DNA of 46,656 nt, from NCBI GenBank assembly GCA_016213125.1, contig JACRBR010000202.1:1-46656 (forward strand), read 5' to 3'. Position 1 is the first letter of the stretch; every line of letters begins with the position of its first letter. The notes beneath the pieces are model-generated. The model did not search any database. It was given only the letters and a program-made list of their open reading frames with translations, and was not told where the DNA came from. Shown here in pieces: positions 15,511 through 25,191 of the stretch. Origin of the DNA: Chloroflexota bacterium (GTDB taxonomy: Bacteria > Chloroflexota > Dehalococcoidia > DSTF01 > JACRBR01). The position numbers and the translations under genes were made by a program.

Positions 15511-17061
15511 CTACTCCGCTACGTACTCCAGTTCCAGGTCCTCGGCGTAGTATTCCGCTCCCAGGTGTGTGATTTGTTCCTCGCCCATCAGCCAGCGGAG
15601 CGTGTTCTTCAGCTTCGTCTGCTGAATGAACAGGTCGTGCTCCGGGTAGACCAGCGGCGCGTGCTGCGGGCTCTTGAAATAGAACGAAAGCCACTCCTGG
15701 ATACCGGCCATCCCTGCGCGCTTCGCCAGGTCCAGGAAGAGCGCCAGGTCAAGTGCCAGTGGTGCTGCCAGGATCGAGTCCCGGCAGAGGAAGTCGATCT
15801 TGATCTGCATCGGATAGCCCAGCCATCCGAAGATGTCGATGTTGTCCCAGCCCTCTTTGTTGTCTCCCCGCGGGGGGTAGTAGTTGATCCGCACCTTGTG
15901 GAAGATGTTGCCGTACAGCTCCGGGTAGAGGTCCGGCTGCAGGACATACTCGAGCACGCCCAGCTTCGACTCCTCCTTCGTCTTGAAGGACTCCGGGTCG
16001 TCCAGTACCTCGCCGTCGCGGTTGCCAAGGATGTTGGTCGAGTACCAGCCGTTCACGCCGAGCATGCGGGCCTTCAGCATCGGCGCGAGAACGGTCTTCA
16101 TCAGCGTCTGCCCCGTCTTGAAGTCTTTACCACAGACGGGAACGCCCTTATCGCGCGCCAGCTTCACCATCGCAGGCACGTCCACGCACAGGTTCGGGGC
16201 GCCGTTAGCGAAGGGAACCCCCTCCATGATCGCGGCCCAGGCGTAGAGCATCGAAGGGGCGATCTGCGGGTCGTTGGCCTCCATCGCCGCCTCCAGGTTC
16301 TCGAGGTTCGTGTGCACTTCGCTCGGCTCGAGGAAGATCTCGGTCGATGCGCACCAGACCATCACCAGCCGGTCGCAGCTGTTCTTCTTCTTGAAGTCGC
16401 GGATGTCCTTACGCAGAGCCTCGGCGGCCTCCATTTTCGTGCCCGTCTTCTTCACGTTCGTGCCATGCAGGCGCTTTACGTAATAGTCGTCGAACACTGC
16501 GGGCATCGGCACGATCGTCTTCAGGTAGTCGGCAATCGGTTCGATGTGCTCGTGGCGGTCGAGGACCCCGCACTTCAGGGCGGCCTCGTACGCGTTGTCG
16601 GGGAACGCATCCCACGCCCCAAACACAATCTGGCGGAGCTCGGCCAGCGGCACGAAGTCACGGATCAGGGGCATGCGGTTCTCGGTGCGCTTGCCGAGCC
16701 GGATCGTGCCCATCTGGGTGAGCGACCCGATCGGCGAAGCCGACCCCCGCCGCGCATGCTCCACGCCGGCGATCAGCGTCGACGCGACGGCGCCGAGTCC
16801 GACCAGCAGTACGCCCAGCTTGCCCTCTGCGGGCGCGATCTCGTGGGGTTGGTTGTGGGTGAACTCTTTGGCTTCCAAGACGATTCCTTTCTGCCGGGCC
16901 AGCGACATCAGCGGCCCGTGCCACTGCGCCGGAACCCGCCCCGTGCTGGCCCAGTGCTCGATGGTGGACTGTCGCTTGCCAAGCAGGTTGGCAAGCGCCG
17001 TTTGCCCTCCGAAGCGAGCGATGATGCGTTGTGCCGGGTTTGCGTGTCCGTCCGACTGCAC
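15511..17061 (-). CDS. ino1: myo-Inositol-1-phosphate synthase with an ~81-aa N-terminal Cro/YdaS-like HTH extension
   Basis: MIPS hallmarks: Rossmann GVLLVGLGAVAS, NGWYSTNILGNRDG, GWDNIDIFGWLGYPMQIKIDFLCRDSILAAPLALDLALF. In-frame N-terminal RIIARFGGQTALANLLGKRQSTIEHWASTGRVPAQW resembles a Cro/YdaS helix-turn-helix. GTG start at 17061. An alternative internal ATG (codon 52, 16908) cannot be excluded. Confidence 0.85.
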   Translation of the reverse strand: MQSDGHANPAQRIIARFGGQTALANLLGKRQSTIEHWASTGRVPAQWHGPLMSLARQKGIVLEAKEFTHNQPHEIAPAEGKLGVLLVGLGAVASTLIAGVEHARRGSASPIGSLTQMGTIRLGKRTENRMPLIRDFVPLAELRQIVFGAWDAFPDNAYEAALKCGVLDRHEHIEPIADYLKTIVPMPAVFDDYYVKRLHGTNVKKTGTKMEAAEALRKDIRDFKKKNSCDRLVMVWCASTEIFLEPSEVHTNLENLEAAMEANDPQIAPSMLYAWAAIMEGVPFANGAPNLCVDVPAMVKLARDKGVPVCGKDFKTGQTLMKTVLAPMLKARMLGVNGWYSTNILGNRDGEVLDDPESFKTKEESKLGVLEYVLQPDLYPELYGNIFHKVRINYYPPRGDNKEGWDNIDIFGWLGYPMQIKIDFLCRDSILAAPLALDLALFLDLAKRAGMAGIQEWLSFYFKSPQHAPLVYPEHDLFIQQTKLKNTLRWLMGEEQITHLGAEYYAEDLELEYVAE

Positions 17062-17183
17062 GCGGCCATGGTAACGAAAAAATCGTTGCCCTGCACTGGT
17101 TCGAACGGACTATTTCGGTCTGGGTTCTAGGATGGAGAACAACCTTCGACCGAAAACCTCCATCACGTCCATGCCCGACTCCG

Positions 17184-18095
17184 TCACTTCTGCGATTCCG
17201 GTGCCAGGTACGTGCTCAGGCCGGCGCGGAGAGGCGTTAGGGCGGGGTGGAGGACCTCTTGGAGGTGGGTGTTGTCGGCGACGGCGGGGTTAGTGATGAA
17301 GTCGATGGCGTCGGCGGTGAGCGGCGGGAGAGGTGGGATGCTGGGAAGCGCGCCGAGGAACTTCCCAAGGGCGGCCGGTTGGTGGAGCACGCCCTTCTTT
17401 TTGCCCTGGGCTTCGAGTGCGGTCTTCACGACCTCGTTCATGGACATGACCTCGGGGCCGCCCAGCTCGAACAGCTGGTTAGCGGCTTCAGGCCTGGTGG
17501 CACAGTCCGCAGCCACGCGGCCGACGTCGTCGATGAACACCGGCTGCATATCCTGCTTGCCATCGCCGAACATCGGGATGAACGGGAGCATCTTGCCGAG
17601 CCCCAAGAAGCGATTGAGGGACACATCCTCGGGGCCATACACCCAGGTAGGACGGAGGATGACCCATTCGAGACCCGACCGCCGAAGATAGTCTTCGGCT
17701 TCCCACTTGTAGCGGAACCAATGCTTCTCGGCGTCCTTGTCCGCGCCAACCCCGCTGATGTAGACGAAGCGGCGGACACCAGCCTGCTTGGCCGCGTCGA
17801 CCTGGTGCCGCGTGCCCTTCAGGTCGACCTCCTCGAATGTGTTGCCCTTGCCGCGATTCTCGACCGGGGAGCCAGGGAACTGCACGGCGTTGACCACGAC
17901 ATCGATGTCACGCATGGCGCCGGCAAGTGTTCCCGGCTCACGCACGTCACCGGAACGGGGTTCTACCAGGGGGCCCAGCCTCAGGCGGATCTTCTCGGGA
18001 TCCCGGCCCAAGACGGCGACCTTCGCGCCGCGCCGGACTAACTCCTTCACGATGGCCGAACCGACGAACCCGGTACCCCCTGAAACGAGGATCAT
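17184..18095 (-). CDS. NAD(P)-binding SDR-family protein (NDUFA9/NmrA-like atypical SDR)
   Basis: MILVSGGTGFVGSAIV Rossmann motif. The ATG at 18095 has aaggaga 6 nt upstream; the ATG at 18101 (MDMILV) is an alternative. The track ORF extension to 18194 is unsupported. Confidence 0.8.
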   Translation of the reverse strand: MILVSGGTGFVGSAIVKELVRRGAKVAVLGRDPEKIRLRLGPLVEPRSGDVREPGTLAGAMRDIDVVVNAVQFPGSPVENRGKGNTFEEVDLKGTRHQVDAAKQAGVRRFVYISGVGADKDAEKHWFRYKWEAEDYLRRSGLEWVILRPTWVYGPEDVSLNRFLGLGKMLPFIPMFGDGKQDMQPVFIDDVGRVAADCATRPEAANQLFELGGPEVMSMNEVVKTALEAQGKKKGVLHQPAALGKFLGALPSIPPLPPLTADAIDFITNPAVADNTHLQEVLHPALTPLRAGLSTYLAPESQK

Positions 18096-18231
18096 GTCCA
18101 TTCTCCTTCTCTCGGCGCGTCTACCATCACCATGGTATGCACTAAGAGACGCCCGGGGGACCGGCGAAGCGGCGGATCGATTGTGGAGGCGCATAGATCA
18201 CGGCATGTGTGCGGCCCCTTTATGCGGAGGG

Positions 18232-19137
18232 CTAATCTGTGACGAATGGGAGAGTCGCGTGCTCCGTCGCGGTTACGCCGCGAGTTAACTCGGCTCCAGG
18301 CAGAACATCCCGTTCACCGAGCCCGCGATCATGGCCACTGGCGAAGGACGTTATCAGGTCCATGAGGTCCACGGCGTGGTTGTTCCAGTAGTCGGGTTCG
18401 GGGGCGACGACGAGGCGGGCCTTGGAGACTTCACAGCGAAGTACTTCACCGGACGAGAGTGGATGGATCGGGTCTTCGGGCTGGGTGAAGATGATGGTCG
18501 GGTGCTGGATCTCGTGGAACTGCTCGACCGGAAGTTGCGCGCCGTCCAGAAGGAGGCCGCGGATGGCGGGTACCACGGCGGCGCGGCGTTGCGCCCCGAG
18601 GAAGCGCCGGAGCTCGGCCACGGCTGCCGGGTCTTGCATGCGGCGGCGAGCGAGCGCTTCGGCGATCCGGGCAGTCAGGGGGACGCCGAGGAGTCTGTAC
18701 GAGGTCGCGAGGGCGCCGAACGTTCTCGCCACCGGCGGCAGGTCCTCGGCGAAGGGCGGGGGAACAAGCAGCGCGAGGCGCTCGACGTCTCGCGGGTGCG
18801 CAAGAGCAAGCGCCAGCGCCGTGCCGGCGCCCATCGAACCCCCGTACACGGTAACGGGCGCGAGGCCGAGCGCGTCGATGAACGCGTGCATGTCCTCGGC
18901 GAGGGCACCCCAGCGATAGTCAGCGCGTGCGGTGGTATACCCGGACCTGCCGTGACCTCGGGCGTCGTACGCGGTGACATAGAAACCGCGCTCTGCGAAA
19001 GCATCGGCGCGCTGCCCGAGACGGTTGGCATAAGCGACCGATCCCATGAGCCCGTGCGCGACCAGAACGCGCGGCGCACCGGGGTTGCCGTGCTGCTCGT
19101 AGTACAGACTGACGCCGCGGACCGAGATGTAGGGCAC
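18232..19137 (-). CDS. Alpha/beta hydrolase
   Basis: GTG start with ggag 7 nt upstream. HG oxyanion motif (LVAHGLMGS), nucleophile elbow GGSMGAG, and ARGHGRS as in the epoxide-hydrolase/esterase-like fold. Confidence 0.8.
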   Translation of the reverse strand: MPYISVRGVSLYYEQHGNPGAPRVLVAHGLMGSVAYANRLGQRADAFAERGFYVTAYDARGHGRSGYTTARADYRWGALAEDMHAFIDALGLAPVTVYGGSMGAGTALALALAHPRDVERLALLVPPPFAEDLPPVARTFGALATSYRLLGVPLTARIAEALARRRMQDPAAVAELRRFLGAQRRAAVVPAIRGLLLDGAQLPVEQFHEIQHPTIIFTQPEDPIHPLSSGEVLRCEVSKARLVVAPEPDYWNNHAVDLMDLITSFASGHDRGLGERDVLPGAELTRGVTATEHATLPFVTD

Positions 19138-19218
19138 GACTGACTCCGTGCACAGTGTGGCGCATACCGAGGCAACAGGGGGAGGCCTTTCGGCTCGACT
19201 GGACCGCAGGCAGGGCTC

Positions 19219-20409
19219 CTAGCGATCTCCTGCAACCTGGATCACGCCATCCATCGCGAGGCGAGCGACCTCGCCATCGTCCATCCCGAGCCACTCCTTC
19301 AGGATCGGTGCCGTGGAGCCCGCCGGGGTGTCAGCGCCGCGGCCGAGGTGGATGGGCGTGCGCGAGTAGTGCAGCGGGGAGGCCGGGACGCGCAGGGTGT
19401 TACCGTCGGCGGGGAGATCGACGAACATGCCGCGCGCATTGACCTGGGGATCGGCGGCAGCCTCTGCGATGGTGTTCAGCGGTGCGATGAGGCAGACATC
19501 GCGCAGGCGCTCGATCCATGATGCGGTGGTGCCGTGGAGCAAGGTGTCGGAGATCTGCGGCTCGATCTCGGCGTGGTTCGCAGTGCGTAGCTCGTTGGTC
19601 TCGAAGCGGGGATCGCTGGCGAGATCGTCGCGGTCCAGAAGGGCGCAGAACAGCGTCCAGTCCTTCACGCCCGCGATCACGACGTAGCCGTCGCTTGTCG
19701 GGAACGCTTGGAACGGCGTGATGAGTGGATGGCGAGTACCTATTCGCTGTGGCTCCGCGCCAGTCGCGAAGTAGCGGGTGAAGGCGTTCTCGAGCAGCGC
19801 GATCTGGGCATCCAGCATGCTCACGTCGAGGTACTGGCCCTTCCCGCTGCGCTCGCGCTCGTGAAGTGCGCCCAGGACGCCGATCGCCGTGAACATGCCC
19901 GCCGCCACGTCGGCGATGGAGTAGCCGGCACGGGCGGGCGGGCCTTCGGGGTGGCCGGTGATGCTCATGAGGCCGGACATGGCCTGCACAATGACGTCGA
20001 CGGCACCGCGGCCCGCATAGGGCCCCGTCTGGCCGAAGCCAGAGGTGGAGGCGTAGACGATGCGCGGGTTGCGAGTGGCGACGGCGGCGTAGCCGAGGCC
20101 GAGCGAGGCCATCGTGCCGGGCGAGAAGTTCTCGGTTAGGACGTCGGCCTGATCGGCGAGCGCGAGGGCGAGGTCGCGGCCTTCTGGCTTCTTGAGATCG
20201 ATGCAGACGCTATGTTTCCCGCGATTGATACTGAAGAAGTAGGTGTTGACGCCGTCGACGAGAGGGCCGGGGCCGCGTTCGGCCTCCGTGATACCGACGG
20301 GCTCGACTTTACAAACGTCGGCGCCCATATCGGCGAGGATCATAGTGCCGAAAGGGCCGGCGAGCGCCCAGGTGAAGTCGAGGATGCGGAGATGGTCGAG
20401 TGGGGGCAT
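19219..20409 (-). CDS. Family III CoA-transferase (CaiB/BaiF family)
   Basis: N-terminus LRILDFTWALAGPFGTMILADMGADVCKVEP is a family signature. 396 aa. Confidence 0.9.
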   Translation of the reverse strand: MPPLDHLRILDFTWALAGPFGTMILADMGADVCKVEPVGITEAERGPGPLVDGVNTYFFSINRGKHSVCIDLKKPEGRDLALALADQADVLTENFSPGTMASLGLGYAAVATRNPRIVYASTSGFGQTGPYAGRGAVDVIVQAMSGLMSITGHPEGPPARAGYSIADVAAGMFTAIGVLGALHERERSGKGQYLDVSMLDAQIALLENAFTRYFATGAEPQRIGTRHPLITPFQAFPTSDGYVVIAGVKDWTLFCALLDRDDLASDPRFETNELRTANHAEIEPQISDTLLHGTTASWIERLRDVCLIAPLNTIAEAAADPQVNARGMFVDLPADGNTLRVPASPLHYSRTPIHLGRGADTPAGSTAPILKEWLGMDDGEVARLAMDGVIQVAGDR

Positions 20410-20503
20410 GGTTGCTGGTGGATCATGCGCGATTGCTGGACAAGGGGCAAAAGGGCGAGTAGTGTCGGCAGACAGCTGACAGCAGAAAGACGGCCGATGG
20501 CGC

Positions 20504-20980
20504 CTACACGGGGAGTGAGGGTGACGAGGGGTGACCGGGCGCGGGGGCGTCAGTCTTCGGCCAGATCGCGTACGCGATGGCGCCCCACGTGATGGCGTCG
20601 ATGATCCAGTTGGCGACTGGCAGACCGATCAGCCGCGGCCCAATATTGACGTCCGGAAAGTACGGCGCTTTGTCCAGGAGGACGTGCGAGCCCACGACCG
20701 CGGCGCCGGTGAGGGCGTCATAGATCAGGTCGCGCTCGCCCTCGACGCTCTCCGCCGCGAGGATGCCAGTCATGCCCGCCAGCATGCCGGCGGTGAGGGC
20801 GAAGTTCGGCGTGTGTGTCGGGCCACGGTGGATGTCCTTCCCGAGGATCGCCCCGATCGGCACGTCGACGTCGGGAAGACTCGCGGCGAAAAACGCGGCG
20901 GCCAGACCCAGCGGAGACCGAACGCCCATGCGCCGCGCGATCGCCATCCCCACGAACCCATGCCCAAACGGCGCCGCCAT
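20504..20980 (-). CDS. Membrane-bound metal-dependent hydrolase, YdjM/DUF457-like
   Basis: 158 aa, hydrophobic. N-terminal His (FGHGFVG), LPDVDV and HRGPTHT motifs typical of DUF457. Last gene of the minus-strand glycosylation operon. Confidence 0.6.
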   Translation of the reverse strand: MAAPFGHGFVGMAIARRMGVRSPLGLAAAFFAASLPDVDVPIGAILGKDIHRGPTHTPNFALTAGMLAGMTGILAAESVEGERDLIYDALTGAAVVGSHVLLDKAPYFPDVNIGPRLIGLPVANWIIDAITWGAIAYAIWPKTDAPAPGHPSSPSLPV

Positions 20981-21047
20981 AGATGCTCCTCCCGGGAACG
21001 CGCTTCGGGTTCAGGATACAGGACGATCGCGTCTCCGATTGAGAGAT

Positions 21048-21923
21048 CTAGGCAGCGCGTTCGTCGGCGCCGTCTTCCCCCGCAACCACCGCGAGGAACT
21101 TCACCCGTTCGGTGGCCTCCGCTCCACGCAGCATCGCGTTCACATGGTCCGCCGCCCGAAGCACGTGGAGGTCGACTCCGATGCTGTGTGCCAGGTCGAG
21201 CAGCGCATGGCTGTCCTTCGGCAGGCATTTCCCGCCGTAGCCGCGATACCCGTCGTACAGCACCTGTAGGTGCGAGTCGCCGATGCGCGCGTCGGCCCCG
21301 ACGATGTCGCGGACCACGTCGTAGTCCAGGCGCAGCCGGTCGCAAAGATCGAACATCTCATTTGCATAGCTAACCTTCACCGCGAGGAAGGAATTGGCCG
21401 CATACTTGGCAAGCTCGGCCTCGCTGGCGCTGCACACGCGCTCGAATGGCGCACGCGGAAGGAGCTTCATCACGCGTTCGGCCTCTCCGGCGCTCGTGCT
21501 GGTGCAGCCGACAATCTGGCGGTCCGGCCGGAGGAAGTCGTCCAGGGCCGTGGCCTCGCGCAGGAACTCGGGGTTGAAGAGGAATCGGTGCTGCGGAATT
21601 CGATCCTGAAGCATCTCCGTCGTCCCCGGCAGGACGGTCGATTTGATCACAACGGTCTTGCTGCCATGAAGAGACGTGACAGCCCCCAGCAGGTGCCGGT
21701 CGTCGAATCCGTATCCGGGAGTGTAGGGCGTGGGGACGCAGATGAAGACGATGTCCGCATCCGCCAACGATGCAATCGAGTCGTGGCCCTTTGGCGGGTC
21801 AAACAACCGCACCGCATGGCCCTTGCCCTCCAGGTACACCCGAAGCGCTCCACCGACTATACCTTCGCCCATGATGCCGATGGGCCGGGCGTTGCTAAGC
21901 TGCTTGCCGGCTTCGTTCCGCAT
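21048..21923 (-). CDS. UDP-glucose/GDP-mannose dehydrogenase family protein lacking the C-terminal nucleotide-sugar-binding domain
   Basis: Rossmann IGIMGEGIVGG, FNPEFLREA, and catalytic-Cys region GYGGKCLPKD. Only 291 aa, and the next gene starts 67 nt after its stop. Its 5' end overlaps the GT2 gene by 29 nt. Confidence 0.75.
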   Translation of the reverse strand: MRNEAGKQLSNARPIGIMGEGIVGGALRVYLEGKGHAVRLFDPPKGHDSIASLADADIVFICVPTPYTPGYGFDDRHLLGAVTSLHGSKTVVIKSTVLPGTTEMLQDRIPQHRFLFNPEFLREATALDDFLRPDRQIVGCTSTSAGEAERVMKLLPRAPFERVCSASEAELAKYAANSFLAVKVSYANEMFDLCDRLRLDYDVVRDIVGADARIGDSHLQVLYDGYRGYGGKCLPKDSHALLDLAHSIGVDLHVLRAADHVNAMLRGAEATERVKFLAVVAGEDGADERAA

Positions 21924-22932
21924 ATGCCTCGCTTCCCTCGCGCTCTGTTCCCAATCCCTGTGTGTGTACGACCCGCAGGCGTGGACGCTCCCGCACCGCT
22001 GGGCCAGGCTCCGACTTCATGCGAAACAACACGTCTTCGATCATGCGGCGATTCCACGAGATCGCCAGCGCCAACATGCCGGTGATTATCATCTGGCCAC
22101 CCATGAACGAAAGAGCGGTGCCGATGACGAGCGACTGGACGTGTCCCTGGCTCTGGCCGTTTGCCGCCAGGATCGCGAACCGCGCGAACGGCAGCGCCCC
22201 GGCGAAGAGCAGTAGTGCCCCGATCGAGCCGTACACCTGCATTGGGCGATATAGGAGAAAGCTCCGCAGGATCACGCCGCCGGCGCGCGCAACATGACTC
22301 GAGATGCTCTTGATCAACCTTGACGGACGGGTCACGTGGCGCGCGGCGATCGGCACGTTCGCGATGCGAAGACGCTGGTCGATGGCATTGATCAGCGTCT
22401 CGTGCGTGTACGTGTGGTCGGAGAGCACATTGAGGCGCATCGCCGCTTCCGCGGTATACGCGCGAAAGCCGGTCGATACGTCGACTCCTGGCAGGCCGAG
22501 CGCGCGCTGCATGATGTAGTTCGCAACCTTGTTGCCGTACTTGTTTGCTGCCTTCATCGGCAGGTCGTCGATGAGCCTGCTGCCGATGGTGATGTCGGCT
22601 TCGTTCGCAAGAATTGGAGCGACGAGTTCGGCGATGCGGGTTTGGTCGTAGTGGTTGTCGGCGTCGGTGTTAACGATGATGTCGGCGCCGCGCGAAAGGG
22701 CTTCCTGCAGGGCGGTCTTGAAGGCGGCAGCAAGCCCGCGGGTGACCCGGTTCGAGATGACGTAGTCCGCGCCGGCACCCAGGGCCTCCGCAACGGTCGC
22801 ATCGCGCGATCCGTCGTCGATGACCAGCACCTCAACGAAGTCAATGCCGGGGATGCTCCTGGGGATCTCCTTGATCACGTCCGCGATCGTCGGAGCCTCG
22901 TTGAGCGCCGGGATCGTTACGATGAGCTTCAT
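21895..22932 (-). CDS. GT2 glycosyltransferase, polyprenyl-phosphate sugar synthase type (GtrB/DPM1/ArnC-like)
   Basis: MKLIVTIPALNE, VLVIDDGSRD and TDADNH (DxD) motifs. Two C-terminal TM helices (GSIGALLLFAGALPF..., LVIGTALSFMGGQMIITGMLALAI), as in GtrB-type enzymes. Confidence 0.85.
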   Translation of the reverse strand: MKLIVTIPALNEAPTIADVIKEIPRSIPGIDFVEVLVIDDGSRDATVAEALGAGADYVISNRVTRGLAAAFKTALQEALSRGADIIVNTDADNHYDQTRIAELVAPILANEADITIGSRLIDDLPMKAANKYGNKVANYIMQRALGLPGVDVSTGFRAYTAEAAMRLNVLSDHTYTHETLINAIDQRLRIANVPIAARHVTRPSRLIKSISSHVARAGGVILRSFLLYRPMQVYGSIGALLLFAGALPFARFAILAANGQSQGHVQSLVIGTALSFMGGQMIITGMLALAISWNRRMIEDVLFRMKSEPGPAVRERPRLRVVHTQGLGTEREGSEAYAERSRQAA

Positions 22933-23022
22933 GGAGCCGGACTCCCTTCCTACTAGAGAGTTTCTGTAGAATCCCGGAAAGCGTGCGTTAGGAAATACCC
23001 GGCCCGCTGCCGTGCTGAACCA

Positions 23023-25065
23023 CTAATGCCCGGGGGAGGCCGCTCGATCTGTCGTGGCCAGGTCGAAGCCCGCTAGTGCCGCTTGCAGTTCCCTGTGACT
23101 CAGCCCGCTGTCGCCATCTGTCACGCGCAGGGCCCCGCCCAGCCGGTGTTCGATCTCGGCCGCGTCTAGTCCTGTGTCCCGTTCCAGGGCCGCAAGGCCT
23201 CGCGGGGTGACTGATGTTGAGTGCGAGACTGGCGCGAGCAGCGAGCGGGTCACCGAGAACGCGAACATGCGGTCTCCACTGGTCCCGGCGAAAGTGTCCA
23301 TCAGGTGGAATGCGGAGTTCGCCGCGAAGTACCAGGCATAGGCCGAAGAACTGAACGCCACGTCCTCGCCAGTCAGCACGACGTAATCGATATCGTGGGC
23401 GGCGATGTACTCAAGTAGCTCTTGCTCGCTGAGTCCCACCCAGTAGTTCTTCACTGGGAACTGCTGGAGGTGTAGCCAGGTGTCGCCTGGCTGCGTGCTT
23501 CGGATGTCGGACTCTCCCCAGCGAAACAGGTTCGATCGAGCCTCGAGTAGTGGCGCCCTCTCCGGGTCGATGTCTACGCGAACGGTAGGAAGTTGCCTGA
23601 TGTGAAAGCGCCCCTCCGTCTCGACGTGGATACCGGAGAAGTACAGCCGGCTCATTAGCACGTTTGAGCCGGCGGGCAGGTGCTCTTCCATCCACGTAGC
23701 GACGCTTCGTGTGTACGGGCTATCCCAGGATCCCGACTCGTCGCGCGCCTCCGCCTCGCGCGCGGTGACGTCGCGGAACACCGACGCCTCATGGAACACG
23801 AACGCGGCCGCCGCGATTGCCGAGGCGCCGGCGAGGACCACGGTTGCGCTGTTGTCGATCGAGAACCGCCGCAGGGCCGGCCACGCGCCCGCGGCGGCAA
23901 TCCCCAGTGCGGCGTAGGAAAGGTAGATGAGTGGAAGCGCATCGCGTAGCTGGAGCCAGTCGTTTGCGGCCAATAAGGCAAAAGGCGCGAAGAGCGCCGC
24001 GGCCGCGCAAAGCATGCGGGAGGGTTCGTCGCCACGGACCGCGCGGGCGCACACCCAGATCCATGCGACCGCGATGAGGAAGAACGGCTGCATCTGGGGG
24101 GCCACGCGGAGCATGTAGCGCGGGATTGTCGTCAGGTACTCGTCCGGGTATCCCCAGGACGAGAATGAAGCCAGCCCGTAAATCATGAAGGCGCACCAGG
24201 TGACTGAGATCAGGACTGCCGCAGGCACTGCGTATCGGGGTGACGGCAGCCGCCGTATCGCGACGGCAAACCCAGCGAACACCGCGGCGATCGACAGGAC
24301 CACCAGACCCTCGGCGAGGAGGGCACGCGGATCGCCCAGCAGGAATAGCTGGCCCGTTTGGGCGAAGAGCCAAATCCACCACGGTGCCACGGTCGCCAGG
24401 AAGACCAGTGTGAACACGGCTGCTCCGCGGAACCCGTGGCGGTGGCGCGCCGAAGGCAGCGAAAGCACGACGACGATGGCCAGCGGCAGCCACTGCACGG
24501 CGGACTCCTTGATCAAGAAGGCAAAGCCAAGGCAGAGGCCGGATGCTGCATACCACCTCCATCGTCCGGACGTCACGGCCGTGTTCAGAGCCAGAGCGCA
24601 GAGGAGCAGGAAGCTGCATTGCATCGGGTCCAGGTAGAGGGTCGTCCCAAGCTCCGAAAGGTAGGCGGAGGCGGCCGCCGCCAGGCCCGTGATCCAACCA
24701 GCGAGCTGCCCCGCCATTCGCCATGCGAGTGCCATCACCAGCACCGCGTTGAAGACGACGACGAGCTTGGCAATACCATACGCCCCATCCGAGCCAGCGA
24801 GTCTGACCGCCGGTGCCAACAGGAGCGGGTAGAGCGGGGCCCGATGTGTGATTGTGTCTCCCGACGGGTAGGTCAGCCCCTTGCCGTGCGAGATGTTGAA
24901 TGCCTCCGCCACGTACAACGACTCATCCGACGAGAGGTGCGAGGGCGACGCGATCACCAGCGGGATGAGTAGTGCAGCCATGGCGGCCAGCGCCAACGGA
25001 AGTGACACCGCGCGCGCGTGAATCCTGCTCGCTGCTCGTGGCGCGATCGCGTTCGCCCGTAACAT
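23023..25065 (-). CDS. GT-C fold membrane glycosyltransferase (PMT/ArnT-like, GT39/GT83-type) with a C-terminal soluble domain
   Basis: First extracytoplasmic loop motif SSDESLYVAEAF...THRAPLYPLLLAP (the DE motif of PMT_2/ArnT-like enzymes). More than 10 TM segments, then an ~250-aa hydrophilic C-terminal domain. Preferred start is ATG 25065 (MLRANAI...); the track ORF starts at 25101. Confidence 0.8.
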   Translation of the reverse strand: MLRANAIAPRAASRIHARAVSLPLALAAMAALLIPLVIASPSHLSSDESLYVAEAFNISHGKGLTYPSGDTITHRAPLYPLLLAPAVRLAGSDGAYGIAKLVVVFNAVLVMALAWRMAGQLAGWITGLAAAASAYLSELGTTLYLDPMQCSFLLLCALALNTAVTSGRWRWYAASGLCLGFAFLIKESAVQWLPLAIVVVLSLPSARHRHGFRGAAVFTLVFLATVAPWWIWLFAQTGQLFLLGDPRALLAEGLVVLSIAAVFAGFAVAIRRLPSPRYAVPAAVLISVTWCAFMIYGLASFSSWGYPDEYLTTIPRYMLRVAPQMQPFFLIAVAWIWVCARAVRGDEPSRMLCAAAALFAPFALLAANDWLQLRDALPLIYLSYAALGIAAAGAWPALRRFSIDNSATVVLAGASAIAAAAFVFHEASVFRDVTAREAEARDESGSWDSPYTRSVATWMEEHLPAGSNVLMSRLYFSGIHVETEGRFHIRQLPTVRVDIDPERAPLLEARSNLFRWGESDIRSTQPGDTWLHLQQFPVKNYWVGLSEQELLEYIAAHDIDYVVLTGEDVAFSSSAYAWYFAANSAFHLMDTFAGTSGDRMFAFSVTRSLLAPVSHSTSVTPRGLAALERDTGLDAAEIEHRLGGALRVTDGDSGLSHRELQAALAGFDLATTDRAASPGH

Positions 25066-25137
25066 TGGTACATCATCCTGGCACCGGTGGCGCCGTGCCA
25101 TCGGTGGTTCCCTTACAGCTTGCTCACGGCGTGCAAT

Positions 25138-25169
25138 GAGGAGAGGGTCGCATGTGCGGCCCTCTCCTC
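25138..25169 (-). terminator. Intra-operon stem-loop between the mini-protein gene and the GT-C gene (terminator/attenuator or mRNA-stabilising hairpin)
   Basis: gaggagagggtcgc (25138-25151) / gcggccctctcctc (25156-25169): a 14-bp stem with one mismatch and a 4-nt loop, located 23 nt downstream of the mini-protein stop. No clear U-tract. Confidence 0.5.
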
Positions 25170-25191
25170 ACCTGTCGCTTGTGCTTGGGGT

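Noticed and set aside
12928-17130. 1400-aa ORF on the plus strand, the longest in the window
   Set aside because: It runs antisense to four well-supported genes (two acyltransferases, ino1, part of the spacer) and out of frame through the decarboxylase 3' end. Its translation is Arg/Ala/Gly/His/Pro-rich with no recognisable domain. This is a typical stop-poor shadow frame of a high-GC genome.
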